Below are positions 50,282 through 63,769 of a stretch of 64,000 nucleotides of DNA, one piece after another; the first letter of the stretch is position 1, and every line of letters begins with the position of its first letter. Source of the DNA: Narcine bancroftii. Lineage: Eukaryota. Where the stretch lies: contig NC_091472.1 of NCBI RefSeq assembly GCF_036971445.1, positions 83,886,001 to 83,950,000 on the forward strand, read 5' to 3'. The notes beneath the pieces were generated by a model. That model did not search any database and was not told the origin of the DNA. It saw nothing but the letters and a program-made list of their open reading frames with translations. The translations under genes were made by a program, and so were the position numbers.

Positions 50282-51000
50282 AGGCCCTTTGATAAAGCAA
50301 AAAAATCTGAATTAAAGGCGTAGATTCTGCACCTTCACATCAAAAAATCTATCTTTATAAATGGTCCGTGAGTGGCTGCGAGGCGGCGACTCCAAACCCT
50401 CTCCAATGTAATGCGAGATAAAGGTAGTGCTGCATAAAGGTACATCCGCCACAAGAGGTTGGCTTGGGGTGAGCTGATGATGTCATGATGATGTTGTCAG
50501 CCCACGACCCATCTCACTTCTCTCTCTCCCACTCACTCACCCCTCTCCCTCCATGATCCCCTTGAGCTAGGGGCAGCAGACAGGGGTAGGCTGGCTGATG
50601 GTAGCCATCATGGGGCGGCCAGGGCAGACTGTGACAGCCCCATCGGCACTCTGGCCTGCAGCACTTCACTGGGCCACTTTGGCCTTCGGGGTCGCTCGTC
50701 GGTGCCCACAGCTCAATACGCGCAGAGCAAAGGCTGTAAAACCTACTCATAATTCCCCATGCAGCTAGAACCATTCTGGGAAATGCAGAGCAATTCCAGC
50801 TGCGTAGGGGATTATGGGTATGGAAGATGGCCATTACTCTGCCACGTATTTATGTGGAACGGCTGCAGTTGCGCTGCCTACAGCGGATCCAGACGATGCA
50901 CCAAGGCACTGCTCTGCATAAAAGCAGCGCTGAAGCAGCCTTTTAGGGCAGCTCTATAAAACAGGGAAGTTTTAATATTTTTATGTGTTTGAAGACAGCC
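50282..51000. mobile_element. GC/CpG-rich probable non-autonomous DNA transposon
   Basis: Abrupt GC- and CpG-rich block with an internal 27-bp inverted repeat. Termini not clearly resolved. Confidence 0.4.
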
Positions 51001-51674
51001 TCGAAACATAAAAACACTAAGATGCAACACCAAATATAAATTCTCACAAGGCCTCAAGCAGATTTCCATTTCTAATCCTAAATTGATTAGTATTTCCTGT
51101 TTCAAGTCAACAGAGTCCCATTTGCAGGTAATATTTTGATAGCATTGTTCTTCCTTCAAGACCACCAGACAGAAAGCCCTAAAAGGTTGAGACAATACAG
51201 TAAAATAGGGATTGCACATAACCAACAAAAAAGATTCAGAATAACTGTATATTCTGGGGCTCTTGTATTTTGCATTTAGGTCAATTTTACCCTTGAAACA
51301 AAGGTAAATGTAAAGCGCATGTTAATGCAGTGCGGGATGGGCGGGGAGGAGTTAAATGAATAGAAAACCAAGCAAGAACAATTGCTACAGTGGACCCTCC
51401 AGGCTATGCGACACCTCTGACATCAGCACATACAAAATAAAACCAAATAACTGCTATTTTGTAGTACCCTTTAACAAGGTAAACCACCTAGATATTTTGC
51501 AGGAGTGCTGAGAAACATTTTACGTTGAACCACATAAAAATATACTGAGGCACACAATGAAATGCTTGATCTGTGAAGTCAATTTTAGAGTATCTTAAAG
51601 GAGGAAAGGAAGGTTGAAAGACTAATGGTTTAGAAGGTATATTCCAGAATTTAGGATCCAGTCTGCTTGAGAGA

Positions 51675-51897
51675 GGTAGAGCAGGGTAACAGGCCCTTTT
51701 GGCCCATAAGCCCATGCCACCCAATCACACTAAATTAACCTACATTTTTTTTTAAAGGTGGGAGGAAATGGGAGCAACTGTAAGAAACTCATGCAAACAC
51801 AGGGAGAACGTACAAACTCCTTACAGAGCCAAATTCAAGCCCCAGTCGCTGGCACTTTCACAGCATTGTACTAACCGCAACGCTAACTGTGCCACCC
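51675..51897 (-). mobile_element. Full-length HE1/V-type SINE
   Basis: Reverse complement of the 22427-22678 family; ends ctaaccgcaacgctaactgtgccaccc. Confidence 0.88.
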
Positions 51898-52379
51898 TTT
51901 ATAACATTATAACATGAAAATTATAGAAGGAGAGTGGCTGCAACATTATGGAGAGATTTAAAAACACGGATAAAAATTTTAAAAATCAACACTGCCTCAT
52001 GGGAGATTGTCAAGGTTATTGACCATTGGTGTAATGGGTGAACAGGACATTGTTTTTCTGAGGTCATAGATGCCAGGCTCAGAAAAATATACAAATTCCT
52101 GGTAGCTATTCCCACAGCAAGGATTACTTTCTCTCCTGCTAACAGCCTGTCTCAATGTATTTAAAGCAGCTGAATTGAGTAAACAAGCTCTGAAAATGTT
52201 AACGATATTCGAACTACTGGATAGATTCCAGTAGTAACAGATAGAAAACTGAGAACTTATTATATGAATTAAATTTATGATTGCAATGTTATATAATTGC
52301 AATAATTTCCTCAAATCAGTGCTACTGGCTCCATTTACTTTTCTCACTTAACACCAAAGCTTGAACATTTCGTGGAGAA

Positions 52380-53310
52380 ATAAACTGCGGATGCTGGAAA
52401 TTTCAAGCAAAAGAGAAAATGGAGAAATCTCTCAACAGATCAAATAGCACTGATTAGGTGAAAACAGTCAATATTTTGTGTCAAGGAGTCTTCGTCAGAA
52501 CTGGAAAAGTGACAAAATACGTAGAAGATATGGAGACAAAAAAGAGAGAGGGTGGGGGGGGGGGGGTGGTGAGGAGGGAGCAACTGTTCCTCAAGCTTGC
52601 ACTAAGCAATGTTGGAACAATTAAGGTGGTCGAGAGGTCAGATTGAGAGGAGGACTGAGAATTAACCTGACAGGAGAATGAAAACTCAAACCTAATGTTT
52701 TATTTTGGAAAGCTGTCCAGCAAACTGCATTTGCTACATTGTAGGTACACAAGGCAAAGAAGGGCAAATGCTCCATCCCCCCATGGTTGCATGGGAAAGT
52801 GCTGTGAGAAAGGGAATACATGATGGAAATGGAAAAGTGGACTTTGAAGTTATGGAAGTGAGGTAAAAGATGAAGACCAAAGGAACCCTATATTTGTCTG
52901 AGATGAGAGGCAAGAGAGAAGAAATATGGGAAATAGAGGAGACCCAATTGAGAATTGTCAATGGTAGACATACGCCACCGTTCAGGAAAAAAGACATCTT
53001 GAAGGTACTGATGGGAACATTTTGTCATCAAAGCAGAGGTAATGGAGATAAGTCATTGGGTAAATGGAATGGAGTCTTTCTGGAAGAGCAGTTCAAGTAG
53101 CTGTGGGAGTCACTGCATTCATAATGAATATTTAAAGTTGATTTATCCTCTGAAACAATGATGAAGGTGTCAAAGGGAGAGTGGAAATTGGCAGCCAAAG
53201 GAGTGGCAATGTCAAATTCTGGATGAATACAGGAAATAGTCATCAATGTCCTTGAAAATAAGTTGAGGGAGGGAGCCTGGACCAGACTGAAATGAGAACT
53301 ATTACATGTA
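52380..53310 (-). mobile_element. Old Penelope-like fragment
   Basis: actgcggatgctggaaat tail, ttcgtcag box and LAANFHSPF (ORF 53028-53246). Confidence 0.6.
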
Positions 53311-54364
53311 TAAAAAATAATTTGAAATCAACAGGAAATTCAGTACCAACCTTGTAAACAATTAGTTTCACCTCTGCTCATAGCTGTTATCTAATAAATT
53401 GGATTTCTAAAAAGTATGTACAAAATAAATGGGTTTCTCCCATTTCAAAAGGGGTTTCAAGATGTTTCCTTCTTCAACATGACGATCGCTTAAGTTGAAG
53501 AAAAAATAAAATTGCTATTTTCCCATTAGTTTCTCCATCTCATGCCTGTTTACTGTTTATTCCAAGTTCCATAATTATTAGTAACAATAATTCTATATTG
53601 TATTTACTTGATGTAACTACTGAGTATTAAACCGTCCTCAATGTTCCAACATCTAAACTTGAAAATTCATTAATAAACTAGAGATAAAAAAATGTTAATT
53701 CTATACTTTCAGAATTGTTATTTTCAAACCAGCATGAATGCTTTAAATCCAATATTATTGAGCTAGCAAGGTTAGAACCATCAGTTGGAGGCATGAGATT
53801 GCATCTATAATAACAGGCTTCTTTCTGGATGCCACCTAATATTGGGCTGTCAGTTCAAAAACATTAATTACGTTTATGTATTTTTCCTTAAGCATGAAAG
53901 TAAAAAATAGTAAAAGATCCTGAGATTTTGTAGACAAAATATCATACACAATTCAGTGGTTAATATTAAGTGACAATAAAAGAGACAAATTTTTATCACT
54001 GGTGAATAATGCGTGCCACAATTAATTTAGGCAGCGTTAAAGTGACTGTCCAAAGTAATCCTAAAATGCATTATTCAACAAAATTGTTCATGTTCATCTT
54101 CACTTCAGCTGTAACACAATATATGGGGCATCTCCCTATCAACAGCAATATGATGGCATTTCAAACAAGGTAGGAAGCAAAGATGAAGAAGCACATTGTT
54201 GCCAAAACTAAAAGTAATCTAGAACACTTAAACAATAGCATGCTGCACTGGAATATGTGCATTCACAATGGCTGTGCTTGTTTGACCTTGCATGACTGTG
54301 TGAAACTAGTGATGCTGCTCAATTGTTTCCATTGCCATGCTAAAACTAAATTAGTTTACTAAAA

Positions 54365-54642
54365 AGTCAAACCAGAGGCCATAAATTTAAGGTGAGGGGG
54401 GCAAGATTTCAAAGGGACCCAAGGTGTACCTTTTCACACAGAGGGTAGTGAGTACATGGAAAGAACTGGTAGAGGTAGGTGCAGTGACAACATTTGGAAG
54501 GCATTTAGAGAGACTCATGAATAGGAAAGGATTAGAGGGATATGGGCTGAATGCTGGAAAATGGGACTGGCTTGAGTAGACAACTAATTCGGCATGGAGA
54601 AGTTTGAGCTTAAGGATCTGTTTCCATGCTGTAAAACTCTAC
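54365..54642 (+). mobile_element. CR1 3' end
   Basis: accagaggccataaatttaaggtgag..tttcacacagagggtagtg..ctgtttccatgctgtaaactct. Confidence 0.85.
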
Positions 54643-55492
54643 AACATCATAACTCATTGACAAAAATCACATCAAAAGTATTCCTAATGTTCAGGGTGCA
54701 AATGATTAACATCATTCAAATGAACAATTAAAAACTGATGCACAATTTTTAGTCGCAGGAGACAATGAAAATGATTAATTCTCCTTTATACCCAGTCACG
54801 ATCTCACTGGAACCCTTTTCTTTTCCAACGTACACGAACCCACATGGACCATGCTTCTTATTTGGCTGCAAGGTGAAATCTTGTGGTTATTACCTATGGA
54901 TGAATATAATATGAATGACCAACATGGATTTCAACTCCATTATTTTTTAACCCTCAAATTCCTGTTTGAAACTCCTCCTATTATGTATTTGTTAACATAC
55001 TTCAGCTCCTGTTTAAAATCAGCTCTACCCAACTTTCCTAAGCTGATAAACTCCTTCATCCGACTCAGATAACTGAATGCCTGTGATTCTGACCTCGCAA
55101 TTAACCTTGTATTTATTTGTTTCACCGTGGGTACCCGGCTTTCATCTTGCTATTAGCATTGGAATTACTTCTCAAAATATTTGTTTCTTTTTTTTTAATT
55201 TAAGATCTTTCTACCTTAACATTCATTTTGTGGAGATTAGTGTCAAATTTTGGGAATGAAATATGTAGACCACTGAGTAAATTCCTGTTAAATAGGTCAT
55301 ACCTCAAATCCACTGTCATGTTTCTGTTCCAAAAATCTATGTACACTGACTGTGCATTCATATCTGTGACATTCTGCATAAAGAAATGTTACCTCATCTC
55401 ATTCCTACATAGCTGATTTTCAGATTATACTCCTGGCCTTGCATTATTCACTGAGAGAATCAATTCTGTCATTCCCTTTCAGAAAGTTGCAT

Positions 55493-57075
55493 GGAGTTAA
55501 ACAGGAAAGTTTGCAGATGCTGTGATAGTAGTATAATATACAAAAGTGCTGGAGAAAACTCAGCAGGTCATGCAGCATCTATAGGAAGTAAAGGGTAACC
55601 AAAGTTTTGTGTCTGATCTCTTTGTCAAGGTATGAGCAAAAAGCAGGCAGTTGGCTGAATAAAAGGGTATGAGGAGAGGACTCGAGTACAGGGAAACAGG
55701 TAAAAGGTCATAGGTGAATTTTGGTGAGAAGGTAAGAGAAAAAAGCTGAGAACTAATGGGGAGAGGGTAGCTCTGTGAATGGAGAGGGAAAGCAAGGGGG
55801 TGGTTTGTGGGTGGCTTCAGTTTGGTAGTGCATGAGGCCATGGATAGATGTGCCAGGGTGGGAATAGTGTGTGGAATTAAAATGGTTGGCCACTGGGGGG
55901 AAGGTGGTTCCTGTTATTGTAGTGGATGGAGTGAATGTGCTCAATTAAATGATCTCCCAGTCTGTGTCCAATCTCCCCAATGTAGAGAAGGCTAGAATGG
56001 GAGTACAGGATGCAGTAGATGAACCCTGCAGATTTACATGTGGTGTCGCTTCACTTGGAACGACTGTTTGGATCCCCAAATGGTGGTGAGGAAAGAAAGG
56101 TGTGCACAAGTATTGCAGTTCTGGCAGTCAACTGAGGGGTTGATTTGTGGGAAGGATTAAGTGGATGACGGAGTCCTGGAGGGAGCAATCCCTGAATAAA
56201 GTGGAGAGGGTTTTTCTATTCAGGTTAGGTGAGATACAAACCAGAGGACATGGGTTAAGGGTGAAAGGCAAGAAGTTTAAGGGAAACATTGGGAGGAATT
56301 TCATCATACAGAGTGGTGGGAATGTGGAAAGTTGGGTAGGCCTGATTTTACAGAGGACAGGGTGTGAAGAGATGTAGTCAAGGAAATTAGGAGTTGGTAG
56401 GTTTGTTTGAAACATATGCAGAGTTTGTCTCCTGAGATGGTGAGAGATGCATCAAGGAAGAGGAGACTGTTGCTGGAGATGGTCCAAATGATTGAAGTTA
56501 GGATGAAAGTTAGCAGCAAAGTGGATAAAATTGACAAACTCATAATGAATGTAGGAGGCAGTCCCAATTTAATCCTCAATCTAACAAAGGAAGATTTGAG
56601 GTCCCTGGCTCATGTAGGCTTCTAGCATGGATTGCTAGCAAAAAGGCTCTCATAGATGGGACCCATGCAGGTTCCCATGGCTACCCCTTTGACTTGGAGA
56701 AAGTAGGTTGAGGATAAGGAGGTTTTTGAGGTTGTGAACATGTTCTGCTAGGTGGAGTAGAGTGGTGATGGAGGGGGGCTAGCTAAGTCTATTATTGAGA
56801 AAGAAACAAAGGGCTTTGAGACATTCAGTAAGGGTTTTGAATATATACAAAGACTGGATATCCATGGTGAAAAAGAGATAGTTGAAGACTGGAAGTGATA
56901 GTGGGCATGCAAGTTATCCTAGATGGAGGTGGGGAGGAGCTGGACCAGGGGGGACAAAATGGAGTTGAGGTAAGATGATACCAGTTTAGTGAGGCAGGAG
57001 CAGGCAGAAACAATGTATCTACCAGGACAAATGGATTTGAGGATATTGGGTAGGAAGTAGAACCAGGCAATGGGG
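55493..57075 (-). mobile_element. Penelope-like element (RT plus GIY-YIG region) with a CR1 piece at about 56195-56330 (+)
   Basis: 55493-55650 is the reverse complement of about 7550-7710; PVANHFNS..H; minus-strand QVKGVAMGTCMGP RT motif at about 56655-56700. Confidence 0.88.
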
Positions 57076-57439
57076 GAACAGGAACAGAAACCCACCAAGA
57101 AACATCACACCTTTGCTGTTCTCATCATTTCTGGTCATCCTCCCACTGCCTCTAAAAAAAATCTTATTGTTCCCCAACCCCACATTCTGGGGTGTGAGTG
57201 AAGACTCCAGAAACCCACGCAATCACAGAGAAAGCATGCAAATGTGTCATGGTCAGCACACAAGATCAGAATTGAACCCAGGTCCTTGGATCAACTCCTA
57301 CACCACATCTGCTTTCAAGGCTTTAACTTGTGTTTTCTAATTCCTGTTTTCAGGTTACATTGGTTAATGCCTTCCTTGGTCATGCTGACTTCATGCCCAA
57401 ATACTTAATTATGAAATGTCTACTCAAAGGCCAAAGATG

Positions 57440-58030
57440 CAAGTGAGGTCCCCCTTTAGCCGACAATGCTTCAGGGAGAAAAATTCCAGTCTATCCAGAT
57501 TTTTTTAAAAATATAATTCAAGTCTACCAGTTCTCGTGAATATTATCTGCACCCTTTTCCAGCTTACTGGTACCCTATAAAGCTGGCTAAATAGAACTGC
57601 ACTGAATACTCCAAGAGTAGTCTGATTAATGTCTTGTACAGATGTAAAATGATGTCCCTGCTCCTTTTCTCAATGGCCTGACCAATGAAGACAAGGTTGC
57701 CAAACATCTTCTTCACAATCCTATCTCCCTGAGATGCCATTTTACATGTATTTATATGGCTCTCTGTTGTACTACACTGTCCAGCATCCAACTATTCACC
57801 ATTCAAGTCCTGCCACTATTTAACCTACCAAAGTGCAACTCCTTGGATTTTTCAGTTCAATTGAATTTGCCATTTTTTCACCACTTTCCCTGTTCACCTA
57901 GACCTTGTTAAAACCATAACCCTTTTTTACTGTTCACTATCCTAGTGTAATCTGCAAACTTAACCTTGCCAACAACATTGGCATCCAACTCAATATTGTC
58001 GATGACAAACATTCTACTACACTGACATCA
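57440..58030 (-). mobile_element. CR1 fragment
   Basis: DRIVKKMFGNLVFIGQAIEKRSRDIILHLYKTLIRLLLEYSVQF (ORF 57564-57791). Confidence 0.85.
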
Positions 58031-58069
58031 TCTGAGGCACAGAACCAGTTTGCCTGTGCTCTTCCATGT

Positions 58070-59050
58070 CTTCATTCCCTTTCATTGTTTTCAAACTCTC
58101 CTCTGAAATTACTATGCATATTTGTTTCCTTGTCTGTAGCACACGCATTCATTTCATCTTTCAGTATTTGATATTTTCTGTTTCTATTTTTTTCCAGTGC
58201 AAAATGTCCCAATTTATTGCAATTATAATAGTTTGTATTAAGTACAGCCAAACTCAAGGTGCATTATTTCCCTGGCACTTACAGAAGGGTCTTTTGCCTG
58301 CTGCAATCATTTGATCCATCGATTTCACATCTCCCATGTCTATTTGGCTTGCTGGTTTTCTTCCTTTCTACTAAACCAGGTTCCATTGATGAATATATAC
58401 TCAATATTACTGGAAATGTCCCTGTAATACTGCACAGTGAGTGTTCTTGGATTGACCTGTATGTCTTGAATGGACGAAAACACTCTCGCATTATCCAGTA
58501 CCATTTCTATTGCAACAGGAAACAATGTGCCTTTTCAAGTGTTATCTCTGGACTATGAAACAGTTTGACTTGCATTCGCTCATCAGCTAAATTCGCACAC
58601 TGATGCATTCTGTCAAAGAACTTTTCCAAAATTGCAATGTCTTGCAAGGTTGGTGAAATTCACAGCATAATCACATATTGCCTGTTTTGGCATCTTATTT
58701 GCAGCTTTTAAATATTTCAAATGGTGCTGGGTGGAAATGGGATTTTAATTTTCTGACCACTTTGTTAAATGGGCATGTACTGCATTCAATGGTGCCAAGT
58801 TAGCTGGAGTTGTGTTCCTGCCTGCTCAACTTCACTTCCACTGATTAAATTGTTTTCTTTAGTGCGTAGATCACCGCATATACCCCTTTGGAACATGACT
58901 ACAACTTGTTTGCTTTGTTGAAAATACCCAATCATTCAAGATTAATGATGAACATTTTATGTTCTGTCTTTTTTTTTTATATTTCTTGATCAGTTTCTGC
59001 TACCAATATGCTTTTGCTTCAGGTTTGAAGGAATCATCCTACCATTTAGT
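58070..59050 (-). pseudogene. Ancient Gypsy gag relic
   Basis: Minus strand AICDYAVNFTNLARHCNFG..LADERMQVKLFHSPEITLEKA..VAIEM and zinc-knuckle relic YNCNKLGHFA. Frameshifted. Confidence 0.7.
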
Positions 59051-59519
59051 CACCTTTTACCAGACTCACAGAAAACATCCCATTCCTATTAGCTCCATCA
59101 TCTTTGGGTTTTTCTTGTTATTCTTTTGTGGAGTGCACTATAAACTCATGTGGGCTTTGATGGTCCAGAGAATGAGATTTCATTATGCCAGTCAATTCTA
59201 AATTGAACTGATGCATGGTATAAACAATACTAATTTAACTTCATGGCACAGCTTAAGGTAATTGGCAACCTCACTAACCTAAAGTAATGGTTATGCACAA
59301 CAGCTGATGCACATGAGAATAATATATACAAAACACAATAAATGCAAAATGTTGTTATTGTGATCAACGCATACACAAATCAAAGCTGAACTCTCAGGCA
59401 TGCAGAGCATAACACAACATCTTGCTTGGACATACAGCACCCAACATCTTAAAAAGATACCAATTGATTTGAAAGAAATGCTCTTATATTTATTTGGAAG
59501 GAGGTATAGATTGAATACC

Positions 59520-59996
59520 GGAACTAATCAGAGTAATACATTTCAAAAAAAGCGTTGTTTACTTGAGACTAACCTTAGCTTTGGCTAGAAAATGTTTGGC
59601 AATTACTTGGAAAAATGAGACTAACTTGAGTATTCAGAGATGGTATTTGGAATTGAGATCTTGTATTCCACTGGAAAAATAACATAAAATTCACATAATA
59701 ATTATTCCTTTTTTGTTAAAATTTAGAGCCTGTATTTGGATTATATAGGGTTGGATTATTAATTATTATTACACATTAGTGGTGTTGTTCCAAACCATGA
59801 CAACTAATTGATGAGTTTAATGTTATGTGATCTCCTCTTTCTTTATTTCCTTTTTTTCTTTTTTTGGGGTAATTTCGAGGTGGGTTACAGGGTTGTAGGG
59901 GTTATTATTAACATAAAAATATCATGTATGCATTTTTTTTCTTAAGCTGTATTAATTCATTGTTTTATCGTGATTAGTAAATATTTTTTTTAAAAA
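59520..59996 (+). mobile_element. L1-clade 3' end
   Basis: LALARKCLAITWKNE..QRWYLELRSCIPLEK followed by a T-rich UTR. Confidence 0.8.
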
Positions 59997-60129
59997 GCAA
60001 TAATTTTCTCGTGGGACAACTAATGACGGTTCAGTATACAAAAGTCCTGGAGAAACTCAGCAGGTCACAGAGCATCCAGAGAAAGAAAAAAGGCAGTTAA
60101 TGCTTTGAGTCTGAGCCCTTCTTCATGAG

Positions 60130-60300
60130 TTAGTGGTGGTTTACTGAGTAGCACCTCCTTCGGAATAATGCCAATTCTCAAAGTGTGCTCCAGAGATCTG
60201 AACTCAAAATATTAGACTGACACTTGAATGGAGGACTAATTGAGGACAACATCATCAGTGATGGCCTTTGGATAGCTCAGTCTATGGTCTCACTTTGAAG
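60130..60300 (+). mobile_element. Deu-domain SINE 5' fragment
   Basis: ctccagagatctgaactcaaaatattagactgacact resembles the SacSINE/AmnSINE core. Confidence 0.5.
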
Positions 60301-60689
60301 GGCCCGGTTATGGAGTGTATCTACTCTGTGGATTCTTAACACCCTATGAATTGTATCTGCAGAATTTACAGGCAAATACACAAGATTTCAAGGATGTCTC
60401 ACATAATATGTCTCTAAAATTTCCTGCATGGTTACTGTCCCAAGAAAACTATTCCTTAAAGAAGTAACATCCACGAAGCATCAATTACTGTTCAAAATTA
60501 ATGTCACAAAAATGAAAAGTAAATAGTGCTTAGAGTTTAGAGTTAACTCTAAAAGATCTTAATTGACAGTAAAGTGGTTTGGGAGGTCTCAAGGTCAGAA
60601 ATGCGACAAGAATACAGAGGTTTCTTTTATTTCTTAGTCAAGAAGTAGGATTTAAAAATTGAATTTACACGAAGAAAGAGAGAACAATA

Positions 60690-61320
60690 TTAAGATGGGG
60701 AAAGATGATTAAGTCAGTCATGTTCAGGGTGCCAGAAACGAAATGAAAAGATAGGCTTGTAAGGCTGGAGGAGCTTACGGATGCACAAAGAAGCCAGCAA
60801 TGAAAGACTTTGTAAACAAGGATGAGAAGTTTAAAACTGAGGCATTGCTTAACCAAGAGCCAATTTAAATCAACAAGTACTGGGTTAGTTGGTGAACAGA
60901 TGGTGCAACAGAGATTTGGATATCCTCAAGTTTACTGACAGTAAACCATTTAAGGACAGCCAGCAGTGCATTGGCGAGTAGAGGCAACAAAGACTTGGTT
61001 AAGGGTGTCAGCGGGTGGGCTGTTGGAAGTAGCTGAAGTGCCATCCTCCATGAGGAAGCAGATCAAATGGAAAGAAGCATCACTCAGGGTCTGTCTTCAG
61101 CAACAACTTGGCTCAGCTTCAATCTAGAGTCAAGAAATGTGATGGAAATTATGGTCAGGGAAGACTTTGCAGATTCCTAGCAAAATGACATTTGATCTTC
61201 CAGTTTTTAATGATGGATGATTTTTGCTCATCTACATTGTATGTCAGGCAACCAATTTGACAAACCAGTCGCTGGATTAATTAGAAGAGATGGCAATAGT
61301 CAGTGTTAGTGCCTATGGTG
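60690..61320 (-). mobile_element. Ancient L2-like 3' fragment
   Basis: ORF 60665-60856 LSFKLLILVYKVFH resembles the L2 RT C-terminus. Confidence 0.55.
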
Positions 61321-61432
61321 TTCACACAGGGTACGAGCTCTATGGAAAGATTGGACAAACAGGTTGTTTTCTCTGCCGACTCTGAGAATGAGGGACGATC
61401 TGATAAAAGTTGATGATGTCATGAGAGGCATA

Positions 61433-62925
61433 CAGAATCAGAATTTTTTTGTCCTGAAAAAGTCATGAAATTTGCTGTTGACAGCAGCGTCATAGAGCAA
61501 ACATTCATATTATAACCATCTTACATCACTATAAAAAATACAAATAACAATAATAGTGGACGAAAGGTAAGGCCGTGACTTTGGTTCATTGATTATTCAG
61601 GAATCTGATGGCAGTGGGGAAGAACCTGTCCTTGTGCCGCCGCGTGCTCATCTTTGCCCGGATGATAGCAGGGAGGAGAGGTCATGGCCTGGGTGGTGGG
61701 GGTCTTTGAGGATAGAGGCTGCTTTTTTAAAAACACCACTCATGGAGTGGACTGAAGTCTGGTGCCTATGATGTAGCAGGCTGAGTTAACAACCCTCTGG
61801 AGTTTATTCTTGTCCTGAGAGTTGGAGCCTCCACACCAGGGAGTGATGCAACCAGCCAGAATGCTCTCCACAGTACACCTGTAGAAGTTTACAAGAGTCT
61901 TTGGTGACATACTGAAATCTCCTCAAACACCTCACAAAGTACAGCCGCTGACGAGCCTTCTTTGTGATTCAACATGGAGGCTACAGGACAGATTCTTGGA
62001 GATGTTGACACCCAGGAATTTGAAGTTCTCGACCCTCTCCACTACTGAAATTTCGATGAGGACTGGGTCGTGTTCCTCTGATTTTCCCCTGAAGTCCACA
62101 ATCAATTCCTTGGTTTTGCTGACGTTGAGCACAAGGTTGTTGTCGTTGCACCAGTCAACGAGCTGATCTATCTCCCTCCTGTATGCTTCCTCATTGCCAT
62201 TTGTGATTCTGTCAACAACTGTGGTGTCATTGGAAAACTTGTAGATGGAATTGGAATTGTGCCTGGTCACACAATCATTGGTGTAAAACGAGTAGAGCAG
62301 TGGGCTAAGCATGGATCTTTGGGGTGCCCCTGTGTTGATGATCAGTGAGGAAGTGATATTGTTTCCAATTCGTAATGACTGTGGTCTTCCAATGAGTAAG
62401 TCAAGGAACCAGTTGCAGAGAGGGGTACAGAGGCCCAATGTTTGTAGCTTCTTGATCAGCACTGAGGGAATAATGATAATGAAGGCCAAGCTGTAGTCTA
62501 TGAAGAGCAGCCGTATGCATGAATTGCTGTTTTCAAGGTGATCCAGAGCGGAGTGGAGAGCCAGCGATGTTGTATCTGCTGTGGAGCGATTGTGACGATA
62601 GGCGAATCTCAATGGGTCCACATCTTTACTTAGGTATGTGTTAATTCTGTTCATGACCAGCCTCTCAAAGCATTTCATCACAGCAGAAGTTAGTGCTACT
62701 GGGCGGTAGTCATTGAGGCATCCCAAGCTACTCTTCTTGGGTACCAGGATGATGGATGCCCTTTTGGAGCAGATGAGAACCTCTGACTGCCACAATGAGA
62801 GGTTGAAATGTCCATGAACACTCTGGCTAGATGGTTGGCATAGATTTTCAATACCCTGACAGGTACGCCGTCAGGGCCTGAAGACTTGTGAGGGTTCACC
62901 CTCTTGAATGATGTTCTGGCGTCGC
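61433..62925 (-). mobile_element. Rex1/Babar LINE with a 287-aa open RT segment (61932-62795), catalytically dead
   Basis: PHKSSGPDGVP; LNDYRPVALTSAVMKCFERLV; FAYRHNRSTAD; RLLFIDYS; GAPQ..LSPLLYS; catalytic FADD reads FSND; tail cagaatcagaat. Confidence 0.93.
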
Positions 62926-63769
62926 CTTTTCAGGGATTCTAGCAGGCATTGTTTGACAGACAATAAAGTAAGGGTAGATTTATGGCAGATTCCAGAGCGA
63001 ACAATGTAGGATTGGGAAGTTAACATCTGCAGGGACCACAGTTAATTTGCCAAGAATGGAACCAGGGAAATACATTTTCACCCAGTATGTTTCAATGGAA
63101 ACAAAACTATGGAGAAAGATTATGTAGTCAATTATGACAAAAGTTGGTAGAATGTTGAGAAGGATGAGTTCTTTTTCAGGCCAATACAACATGTTGAATT
63201 AAGTCATTCTTTTTTAAAATTTAAAATAAAGTGCAAAATTAAAATGGATAGTGGCTGGGAAAAAGAGAAGAAAATGTTCAGAACTGGCAGATTCATCATG
63301 CAATCTAATAGTGCTGTACGTTAATTACCAATTAGTACAAACCTCCTTATTTATTAGCACGTCATTACAATTTTCCAGAACACTACATTATGTAGGCAGC
63401 AGATAATGAAGAACATGCTTTGCAGTGGAAGTTGTACATCACACATGGCACAAAATTAGGTTTCAAGCAACTAAACTCCAAATATAGTTACCACATTTTA
63501 GTCAGGGTTAGGTTGAATGGAGTACTGCAAAGATCGTTCAAGAACAATTACTTTTGTTTGGTAGACAAGGTGACACAACAGACACAACTCTAATACAAAA
63601 TAGCCAGCTCATATGGGGTTCTTTAGTGACCATTCTTTCTCTGTCATATCATGAAAGACCAGGACATGCACATCTACAATCATGGGTGGATAAATATCAA
63701 CCAGGTCACCAAAATAACAACCCTGCTTGCTAACAAATTACCATGCAAGCTTTTACATCCACGCAAGAG

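Noticed and set aside
42114-54873. Assorted short exon-like segments (42114-42194 +, 42441-42489 -, 46191-46257 +, 46662-46697 -, 54798-54873)
   Set aside because: Weak splice sites, inconsistent strands or phases, and no recognisable peptide; not distinguishable from chance.
60536-60553. Perfect 18-bp palindrome TTTAGAGTTAACTCTAAA
   Set aside because: Isolated and AT-rich with no associated element; probably a local fold-back mutation.
61932-62795. Longest ORF (287 aa) as a functional reverse transcriptase or host gene
   Set aside because: Truncated Rex1 ORF2 with the catalytic FADD changed to FSND and frameshifts on both sides.
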